From a virus: a stretch of DNA of 64,000 bases. The stretch covers positions 1-64,000 of the IMG/VR virus record IMGVR_UViG_3300045988_097708. One strand, 5' to 3'. Position 1 is the stretch's first letter. Each line of letters begins with the position of its first letter. Positions 1-7,232 of the stretch are shown here, piece after piece. The position numbers and the translations under genes are program-made. The notes beneath the pieces were generated by a model. That model made no database searches. It saw only the letters and a program-made list of their open reading frames with translations, and was not told the DNA's origin.

Positions 1-362
1 AGGGCAACAAACTCCACGCGGAGAAGGTAGACGTGACCATGCCGGACGGGACACTGATGCACTTCGACAGCAAGCGGGAAGCGCGGCGGTACATGGATCT
101 GTGGCTGATGCAGCGTTCGGGAGAAATCACCAACCTGCGGACGCAGGTAAAGTACGAACTGCTACCGAAGCAGGCACACAAGGACGGCACGAAGGAACGC
201 GCCATAGACTATGTGGCGGACTTTGTGTACGAAAAGGACGGCGAAACGGTGGTGGAGGACAGCAAGGGCTTCCGCGATACCAGCAGCGCCGCATACAGAC
301 TATTTGTGATGAAAAGAAAACTGATGCTGTATTTCCACGGCATCACGGTGAGGGAGGTTTAA
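1..362 (+). CDS. DUF1064-like phage protein, 5' partial
   Basis: GNK..V..DG..FDSKREARRY motif. The frame is open from nt 3 to the GTG at 33, so the true start is probably upstream of the window. Confidence 0.7.
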   Translation, partial: GNKLHAEKVDVTMPDGTLMHFDSKREARRYMDLWLMQRSGEITNLRTQVKYELLPKQAHKDGTKERAIDYVADFVYEKDGETVVEDSKGFRDTSSAAYRLFVMKRKLMLYFHGITVREV

Positions 363-370
363 GGAACATT

Positions 371-694
371 ATGTACGCAATGCAGGGAACGATGAGCGTC
401 GGCGCATTTATGCGGAGCCTGAGCAGCGGCAAGGCACCGTGGCTGACGGTGGATGCCGCGGCGGAGAGTCGGCGGCAGGAACATTGCGGAGAGACAGGAC
501 GATTTTTGAGCGGCGCGGTGGAGGACAGCCAGCATGAGCCGCAGGAGCGCATAGACACGTGCATGAACTGCCCGTACCCGGAGTGCCGCAACTGCTGGGA
601 GCAGGCACGGGACCGGAAGCGCAAGCGGAAGCAGTCAGCTCGGGAGCTGGCAGACAGCCTGCGCCTGCGCCGGTGCGGGGAGGTGGCGGACTGA
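371..694 (+). CDS. hypothetical Cys-rich phage protein
   Basis: Internal ATG of ORF 101-694 just after the upstream stop; CxxC..CxxC near C-terminus; tight co-directional packing. Confidence 0.6.
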   Translation: MYAMQGTMSVGAFMRSLSSGKAPWLTVDAAAESRRQEHCGETGRFLSGAVEDSQHEPQERIDTCMNCPYPECRNCWEQARDRKRKRKQSARELADSLRLRRCGEVAD

Positions 695-969
695 TGGGCA
701 AGCAGCATTTGAGCCGGGACGACCGGATTTTCATGGACGGCAAGCGCAGAGGCACGCAGGAGTGCATGGACATGGTGGCGATGGCGTTGATCGACAAATG
801 CGGCTGGCACGTCTTAGAGGAGACATCGGACAGCCGGGACACCCACAGCATCGCGTATCTGTACGAGTGTCTGGAAAAGCTGGCGGAGGAGATAAACGAG
901 GGCCGCATCAAGCGGAAGCACATCAAGGACGTGCTGAAAGACGAGTGCGGCGTTGTGTTTGGAGATTAG
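694..969 (+). CDS. hypothetical phage protein
   Basis: ATG overlaps the upstream TGA (TGATG); internal start of ORF 559-969. Confidence 0.6.
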   Translation: MGKQHLSRDDRIFMDGKRRGTQECMDMVAMALIDKCGWHVLEETSDSRDTHSIAYLYECLEKLAEEINEGRIKRKHIKDVLKDECGVVFGD

Positions 970-981
970 GAGGTGATTTAG

Positions 982-2758
982 GTGAAACATTTAGGCGATA
1001 TTACGAAAATAAATGGGGCAGAGATTGAACCCGTTTGGTGTATTACAGGTGGTTCACCTTGTTAGACAGGATCTATCCATCGCCGGGAAACGCGCCGGTT
1101 TGGCGGGAGCGCGAAGCGGCCTGTTTATGAAGCAGGTGCGCATCGTAAAAGAAATGAGGGAGGCGGACAAAAGGAATGGACGGACAGGTGACATGGTTAG
1201 ACCTCGGTATCTCGTGTGGGAAAACGTGGTCGGCGCCTTTAGTAGCAACAAAGGAAAAGACTTCGCAGCCGTGCTCGAAGAGATCATCAAAATCGTCGAG
1301 CCGGAAGCCCCCGGTATTGAAGTGCCTGAAAAGGGTTGGCCTACCTGGGGAGGGTATCACGATGAAATGGGAGGACGATGGAGCGTGGTGTGGCGAACTC
1401 ACGACGCGCAATACTGGGGAGTGCCCCAACGCCGTCGTCGTATCTCGGTTGTCGCAGATTTTGGAGGAGACACCGCATCCGAAATACAATTTGACGGCGA
1501 AAGCGTGTCAGGGGATATTACGGCGAGCGGAGCGGCGGGGGAAGGACTTGCCGAAGCTGCTGAAAGAGGTTTTAATCCGGCAGGCGGGGACTGCATGACG
1601 GCTTGGGATTGCCAAAGCAAGCGCATTTTTGACACAAACGGAAAATCTCCCACACTGCAAGGCGGTGTTGGCGGTGGTGTGAACAATCCTGCCATATTTG
1701 CGGCTATTCCCATCAACGACAAAGCTACAAGATGGCAGGGCGGCGGAGAGAGCCGCAACCACGATGGCAGCGGCAACGGTCTTGGCATCGGCAAAGAGGG
1801 CGACCCATCCCCTACACTAACCGCCGGCGACCGCCACGGGGTAATGTGCATGACACCTTGGGACGCACAGAGCCAGCGCGTGTACGACGGAAACGGCGTT
1901 TCGCCTACGCTCAGCTCCCGTGAAAACAGAGGTCTGAACCGCGAGGCCGTACTGTGTGCCGGTTTTAAGCTGGGCAACAGTGAACAGGCGAGGAGCATCG
2001 GCTATCAAGAGGAACTGTCCCCTACACTGAACGCAGAGTGCGGAGGGAATAAGCCAACTGTGGTTGCACCAGCGGTGGCGCTGGACATGACACACGCCTG
2101 TGACGTCATCCGCGAGTGCGGGGAGCAAGTCCCGGCGTTGCAGGCTCGAATGGGGACAGGCGGCAATCAAGTGCCGCTGACATACGGCAGCGGCAACGGC
2201 CAAGCCAACGAAGCCAGCATTATGGCGGAGGAAGTCAGCCAAACGTTGAACACCATGCACGATGCTCAAGCAGTGATGTGTGAGGACGTGAGCCACGCGC
2301 TGCGGGCAAAGGCTGCCTGTGCGTACCGGGAGGACGCGGAGACATACCCGGTGCAGAACATGGTGGTGCGCCGATTGACACCGTTGGAATGCGAACGGCT
2401 GCAAGGATTCCCTGACCACTGGACGGACATCGGCGAATGGATAGACGAAAAGGGCAAGAAGCACAAGGACGCAGACAGCCCACGGTACAAGGCGCTGGGC
2501 AACTCCATCGCCCTGCCCTTCTGGGACTGGATGCTGCGGCGCATGGCGCGGTATCTGCCGGAGGGCGCGACGCTGGGGAGTTTGTTTGACGGCATTTCGG
2601 GGTTTAATGTCTGCTGGGCGAGAATACACGGAGCAGAGCACTGCCGGTGGAGTTCTGAAATTGAGCAATTCCCCATTGCCGTGACCAAAAAGCATTTCGG
2701 CGATGAGAAGTTAGGTGAGAAAGGCGACTGGGATATTTTTTCAGGAGGAATGACATGA
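982..2758 (+). pseudogene. DNA (cytosine-5) methyltransferase, motif order IV-VI-VIII-TRD-IX-X-I-II, interrupted by 4 nt inside motif IV
   Basis: GTG 982 frame gives GDITKI...GGSPC then TAG 1063-1065. The ORF 1013-2758 frame continues QDLSIAG, then LVWENV, QRRRR, LTPLECERLQGFPDHW, ALGNSIALPF, then SLFDGISGF and SEIEQFPIAV. Confidence 0.8.
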
Positions 2759-3081
2759 CAAGAGACGAGATCGTGACCGCGCTGCGGTGCTGCGAGCAGC
2801 ATAATAAATGCGAAGGAGCGTGTCCTCTGACTGCCGAGTTTGGATGTATCGAAAAAGCGATGGGATACGCTGCTGACCTGATCGAGAACCAGCAGAGGCA
2901 CATCGAGGCACTGTTGCAGGCCAACGCCGCCCTGCGGGATACCGTACTGCGGCGGGATGAGCAGATAGAAAAGCTGGCGGCAGATCGCAAGGCACTTATC
3001 AACGAGCTATGCCAATACTGCGGGAAGTACAAACACGCACACGAGGGCGCCTGTGACGGGTGCAAATGGAGGGAAATGTGA
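2755..3081 (+). CDS. hypothetical Cys-rich coiled-coil protein
   Basis: ATGA start/stop overlap with upstream gene; ORF track. Confidence 0.6.
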   Translation: MTRDEIVTALRCCEQHNKCEGACPLTAEFGCIEKAMGYAADLIENQQRHIEALLQANAALRDTVLRRDEQIEKLAADRKALINELCQYCGKYKHAHEGACDGCKWREM

Positions 3082-3413
3082 TGGATGCTATTGAATTTGT
3101 TAAGCAGTTGAGACGCATGGATGAAAAGGGAGTGCTGAAGAAGAGTTTCATTTATCTCCGTGCGGGCAGAGAGACGGATTCACCAGAGGACGTTGTTGCC
3201 GAAGTAGAGGAGTGGTCTGCCGCACACCCGCGCAAGACACGGCAGAGTGTGTTTCTGGACAACTATCCTTGTGCAAGGATTGACAGTCAGAGTGTATTGT
3301 ACGTCTGCCCAGCAGATGTCTATGGAAACAACGTATGCCCGAAGAAAAAAGATGCAGCTCCGATAATTTGCTACGACTGCCGCCGCGAGTTCTGGTCGCA
3401 GGAGGTGGAGTGA
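3081..3413 (+). CDS. hypothetical phage protein
   Basis: ATG overlaps upstream TGA; in frame with ORF 3060-3413. Confidence 0.6.
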   Translation: MDAIEFVKQLRRMDEKGVLKKSFIYLRAGRETDSPEDVVAEVEEWSAAHPRKTRQSVFLDNYPCARIDSQSVLYVCPADVYGNNVCPKKKDAAPIICYDCRREFWSQEVE

Positions 3414-3556
3414 TGGAAAATCTGTTGCAAAACTTCGCCAGCGGGCTGTGGATCGTGTTGGGCGTGTACTGTTTCTTCGGACTTAGAAAGTGGAACAAGC
3501 GGTTCAGTGAGCTGTATGACGAACTGAAACGGGAGGTGGAGCGATGGAACGGCTGA
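3413..3556 (+). CDS. small membrane protein (47 aa)
   Basis: TGATG overlap; hydrophobic segment GLWIVLGVYCFFGL. Confidence 0.5.
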   Translation: MENLLQNFASGLWIVLGVYCFFGLRKWNKRFSELYDELKREVERWNG

Positions 3557-4068
3557 CGAAACATAGTAAGCAAACATCGCACGAAAATGGTATCTGTTGC
3601 ACACATTTTTACGGCCCCGAATGCATCGAAGTTGGCGGGGACTGCTCCATGAATTGCAAGTGGGAAGAAGCGGCGTGGAGCCGCCTTGCTGCCTACGAGG
3701 ACAGCGAGCTTGAGCCGGAGGAAGTGTCTGCGCTGATTAAAGACTGGAGCGACCTTCGCACGACCATCGGAGAGTGCGGCGGCATCGACCGAGTAAAGGA
3801 GCTGGCCGAGGCCGACAAAGACGGTCGGCTGGTGGTGCTGCCGTCTAACAAAATGTTGACCAACGCAGACCGTATGAGGACTTCGACAAATCAGCAGTTG
3901 GCGAAGCAGCTTTACGATAACCAAAAAGAGCTTTGCAGAATGCTGTACAAAAAACTTGGGTTTGAAGATGAATTGAATTTTTCTGAGGATTACTCGGACA
4001 TCTTAGCTTGGTTAAACGCCCCATCGAAGGAGGCGGAGAAGGCATTGGAGGCGATGAAGGATGTTTGA
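3544..4068 (+). CDS. hypothetical Cys-rich phage protein
   Basis: ORF track; RLAAYEDSELEPEEV segment recalled from Clostridial phage proteins. Confidence 0.65.
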   Translation: MERLTKHSKQTSHENGICCTHFYGPECIEVGGDCSMNCKWEEAAWSRLAAYEDSELEPEEVSALIKDWSDLRTTIGECGGIDRVKELAEADKDGRLVVLPSNKMLTNADRMRTSTNQQLAKQLYDNQKELCRMLYKKLGFEDELNFSEDYSDILAWLNAPSKEAEKALEAMKDV

Positions 4069-4243
4069 GTTAAAACCTTGCCCGTTCTGCGGCTGTGACA
4101 AAATTTCAGTGCAGTATTTATACTTTAGGCCCTATGTCATTTGCGAGAAATGTCACGCGCAAATCCCTTGCTATAACACCTACGCAAAGGCGAAAGAAGC
4201 ATGGAACAGGAGGGCTTACAATGGCGACAAAGAGAGTGTGTGA
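4061..4243 (+). CDS. Lar-family restriction alleviation protein
   Basis: MFELKPCPFCG ... C..C ... EAWNRRA, the signature I recall for the Lar family. Confidence 0.7.
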   Translation: MFELKPCPFCGCDKISVQYLYFRPYVICEKCHAQIPCYNTYAKAKEAWNRRAYNGDKESV

Positions 4244-4400
4244 CCGCTGTGGCGCGGAGATCAACCCGTTCAACTCCGTCACCTATGCCGGTATGCGGCG
4301 AGTTAAGAACGACATAAACGACAACGACTACGAGCTGTGTGTTTCGTGCGCTCACGAACTACGGAGGTGGTTTAATGGGGAGGAGAAGGACAATGGCTGA
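4221..4400 (+). CDS. small zinc-ribbon protein
   Basis: CDRCG ... CVSC; internal ATG of ORF 4095-4400. Confidence 0.55.
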   Translation: MATKRVCDRCGAEINPFNSVTYAGMRRVKNDINDNDYELCVSCAHELRRWFNGEEKDNG

Positions 4401-4713
4401 ATACCTTGACAAGGAAGCGTTTAAGAAAAGCGTCGAGGAGCGTTATTGCAAGCCGTGCAAGGCGGAGGGAAAAGACCACAACGGATGCTGGTGTCGTGCC
4501 TGTTGGGTTGACGATATGCTCGACGAGGTAGAGTGTTTCCAGCCCGCTGATGTTGCCCCAGTGGTGCGCTGCAAGGACTGCAAGCACTGCGGGAAAGGAG
4601 AATGGGGTTTGTGGTGTACGATGCATGACGATGGATATGCGCGAGAGGACTATTTCTGCGCCGATGGAGAACGGATGGATGCAGGGCATGAGGATGTACT
4701 ACACCGTGTATGA
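4393..4713 (+). CDS. hypothetical Cys-rich phage protein (distant paralog of 62996-63268)
   Basis: MAEY start and ADVAPVV motif shared with 62996-63268. Confidence 0.6.
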   Translation: MAEYLDKEAFKKSVEERYCKPCKAEGKDHNGCWCRACWVDDMLDEVECFQPADVAPVVRCKDCKHCGKGEWGLWCTMHDDGYAREDYFCADGERMDAGHEDVLHRV

Positions 4714-4888
4714 TGCACGGACGGACGATGTGCTGGCATTCGGAAACGCCGCGCAGTGCGCCGTCATGCTGGGATGTGCAAGCTCCCAAACATTCCACTC
4801 CATCGTCAGCAAAGTGCAGCACGGGAAACATAAAAAATACAGCGTGGTCGTGGAGGATTTGGACAAGGAGGTGGAGGAACGCCCATGA
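4679..4888 (+). CDS. hypothetical protein
   Basis: GGAGA 8 nt upstream of ATG 4679; the start could also be 4688 or 4694. Confidence 0.5.
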   Translation: MQGMRMYYTVYDARTDDVLAFGNAAQCAVMLGCASSQTFHSIVSKVQHGKHKKYSVVVEDLDKEVEERP

Positions 4889-5391
4889 AGATTGAGCGTA
4901 TATGGGCGATGCCCAACAAGTGGACCTTTTCCATCAAGCCCATTGCCCAGCTGCTGCGGGAGGAGATGGGCGAGGGCGTTTGGGTTGACCCGTTCGCGGG
5001 GGAAAAATCACCGGCCGCGATCACCAACGACCTGAATCCGGAGCGGCACACGGATTACCACATGGACGCGCTGGCGTTTCTGAAAACCTTTGCAGATAAC
5101 TCTGTGGACGGTGTGCTGTATGACCCGCCGTATTCCCAACGGCAGGTCAAAGAGTGCTATGACGGCATACAGGGTGGCCTGAAATGGGACGGGAGAATGA
5201 CGTTTTGGAGCGAGACAAAGAACGAGGTGGCGCGAATCCTGAGACAGGGAGGAAAGGCCATCTGCTTTGGCTGGAACTCTATGGGGCTGGGAGCAAAGCG
5301 CGGGTTTGAAATGACGAGGATCCTGCTGGTGCCTCACGGTGGAAGCCGAAACGACACGATCTGTACGGTGGAGGTAAAAGAGAACGTATGA
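4885..5391 (+). CDS. DNA methyltransferase (amino-MTase, DPPY motif)
   Basis: VDPFAG (AdoMet loop-like) and LYDPPY catalytic motif; ATGA overlap with upstream gene. Confidence 0.75.
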   Translation: MKIERIWAMPNKWTFSIKPIAQLLREEMGEGVWVDPFAGEKSPAAITNDLNPERHTDYHMDALAFLKTFADNSVDGVLYDPPYSQRQVKECYDGIQGGLKWDGRMTFWSETKNEVARILRQGGKAICFGWNSMGLGAKRGFEMTRILLVPHGGSRNDTICTVEVKENV

Positions 5392-5579
5392 AGCGATACA
5401 TAGCTGTTTTTGGAGCACTGGCAGTGGCGCTGGGACTGCTGTCGGCGGCATTGCTGGTGTACGGCAGGGTATATGAAACGGTCATCGGATGCGTATGCTG
5501 CGGGGTGATCCTGTATCTGGCGGCGATTTCGGGATGGGTGGCATGGGAAGCGTGGCGAGAAGGGAGACAGAAAAAATGA
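5388..5579 (+). CDS. small membrane protein
   Basis: Two hydrophobic helices; ATGA overlap. Confidence 0.55.
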   Translation: MKRYIAVFGALAVALGLLSAALLVYGRVYETVIGCVCCGVILYLAAISGWVAWEAWREGRQKK

Positions 5580-5854
5580 ACGTTGGGAAGAATGCGGTGG
5601 TGGGCGCAAGGCCGTACAAGCCCAAGGTATCGTGCGACCTGTATGTGCCGGAAAAGGGAGAGTGCGCGGGGTTGAACCAGCTCCTCTGCGCGGAGAAAGG
5701 GAAGTGCGCGTTTTACAAGAGCAGAAAAAGGGCACGGGAGGATCGCCTTGCCAGCATTGTGGCGCGGCGTGACAGGGGGTGCCATATCAGCGATACGGAG
5801 GCACGGATGCTGTTGCAGGCGATGAAAAAGAAAACGGGGCTGGGAGGCAAGTGA
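5576..5854 (+). CDS. hypothetical protein
   Basis: ATGA overlap; internal start of ORF 5489-5854. Confidence 0.55.
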   Translation: MNVGKNAVVGARPYKPKVSCDLYVPEKGECAGLNQLLCAEKGKCAFYKSRKRAREDRLASIVARRDRGCHISDTEARMLLQAMKKKTGLGGK

Positions 5855-6072
5855 TGGCGGGAAATGAGATATTTGCCAAGCGGCTGCGGCAGCTGCGGGA
5901 GCGAAAGCACATGAAGCGCTGCGTGCTGGCGGAGCTGTGCGGCATGAACAAGAGCATGATAAGCCGCTACGAGCGAGGAGAGATGGAGCCGAAGGCCACG
6001 GCGTTGGCGGCGCTGGCGGATTTCTTCGGCGTGACCACCGACTACCTTTGGGGGAGAGATGAGGACACATGA
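5854..6072 (+). CDS. XRE-family helix-turn-helix regulator
   Basis: FAKRLRQLRERKHMKR..LAELCGMNKSMISRYERGE..P, a typical HTH_3 pattern. Confidence 0.8.
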   Translation: MAGNEIFAKRLRQLRERKHMKRCVLAELCGMNKSMISRYERGEMEPKATALAALADFFGVTTDYLWGRDEDT

Positions 6073-6105
6073 GCCTTTTCGCAAAATGAAAGAAAAAGTT
6101 CAAAA

Positions 6106-6192
6106 AGTTGCGTAAAAGGGAGTTGCACAAGTAAATATTTGAGAAAATGGTATGAGAAGAAATATATGTTTCTTTCTTGTACCATTTTTCTT
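6106..6192 (+). promoter_or_regulatory. early/late junction: two AGTTGC repeats and a long imperfect AT-rich hairpin
   Basis: AGTTGC at 6106 and 6121; hairpin arms 6141-6162 and 6169-6192; low-GC intergenic region upstream of the terminase operon. Confidence 0.4.
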
Positions 6193-6212
6193 TGTGCGGA
6201 AAGGGGACTGGA

Positions 6213-7232
6213 ATGGCCGAGCTTTTACCTATGGACGCGGAGCATCAGCAGGCGTATTACGAGTTGCTGGAAACGACGGTGGGGGAGAGCTTGGCTTATT
6301 TTTACGCCTGCATCCGCTTTGATAAACCTTTTGACATGAAAGCCCTGCCGGGGAACGGAACCAAGAGCAAGTGGACGGCGTACTGCAACAACCTGAAAAA
6401 GAAAAAACTGGACAGGACGTTGGGAGGCGGAGAGCTGGGCTTTCTCGACGGGCTGACGGACATCACCAAGATATTCGGAGAGGGGCTGGAGAACGGCAAC
6501 TTCACCAAGGCGGTGAGCGCGGAGAAAAGCGCACGGGATGGCAGGCAGGGCACCAAGCGGCAGGCCGCAGACTGGGGTGAGGGCACGGGGAAAGTGCCAT
6601 ACACCAGCGAGGACTACAACGAGTTTGACCGGATCTACAACGCGCTGTGCGCCGACTTCGGCGGAGAGCAGGCGGTGAGCGCCAAGCAGCAGCTGATCCT
6701 GCGGAACGTGGCAAAGTGGACAAAGCAGATGAACGACGCCGCGGAGATGGGCGCCATAGACAAGGCCAAGAAGCTATCCAGCATGATACAGGAGAACCTG
6801 GCGTCGGAAAACCTGCGGAAGAAGGACACAAAACCGGTGGAGGACCTGCGGCTGGACAACATGGTGGTGGCGCTGGAGCGGGCAGGACTGCTGAAAAACG
6901 GGAAGCCCTGCGAACCGGACGAGGCGTTCCGTATATTCTTCGGTCGGCCGTGCAAATACCCCTATACGCGGGATGCTGCCGACCAGATGATACTGATAAA
7001 CGAAAACCGGATGCGGCAGAACGACGGACTACCGGAGCTGACAGAGCTGCCGGACGAGATGCGGCTGGAGGACAATTTGGGTGAGTTTGCAGAGGAACCC
7101 AACGAGGCGGAGAAGGAAGCCTACGAAAAGCTGGGGCTGGTGCGGATGCGCCCGGTGAAAAAGAAGAAAAAGGCGGCCAAACTGAAAGCGGACGCAGAGG
7201 ATGTGAACACCGATGGCGAGGCGAACGGGTAA
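6213..7232 (+). CDS. putative terminase small subunit
   Basis: Called by position only: first gene of the late operon, overlapping the terminase large subunit; basic/acidic C-terminus. Confidence 0.45.
   Translation: MAELLPMDAEHQQAYYELLETTVGESLAYFYACIRFDKPFDMKALPGNGTKSKWTAYCNNLKKKKLDRTLGGGELGFLDGLTDITKIFGEGLENGNFTKAVSAEKSARDGRQGTKRQAADWGEGTGKVPYTSEDYNEFDRIYNALCADFGGEQAVSAKQQLILRNVAKWTKQMNDAAEMGAIDKAKKLSSMIQENLASENLRKKDTKPVEDLRLDNMVVALERAGLLKNGKPCEPDEAFRIFFGRPCKYPYTRDAADQMILINENRMRQNDGLPELTELPDEMRLEDNLGEFAEEPNEAEKEAYEKLGLVRMRPVKKKKKAAKLKADAEDVNTDGEANG

Noticed and set aside
101-694. Long forms of several ORF-track entries (for example 101-694, 559-969, 4095-4400, 16431-17378, 18303-18929, 47475-48167 and 54505-55275)
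   Set aside because: Their N-terminal extensions overlap upstream genes in another frame and are Arg/Gly-rich. Internal starts with RBSs placed immediately after, or overlapping, the upstream stop give compact and consistent gene packing.
1060-1069. TAG-to-Gln stop-codon recoding (code 15-like) or programmed +1 frameshifting to explain the stop after GGSPC
   Set aside because: Reading TAG as Gln gives PCQ, but the rest of that frame (TGSIHRRETRR...) is not methyltransferase-like. The true continuation QDLSIAG is in the +1 frame, preceded by an extra AGA codon. UGU-UAG-A offers no re-pairing for tRNA-Cys, so a 4-nt indel is the simpler explanation. Other genes in the window end at ordinary TAG, TGA or TAA codons.
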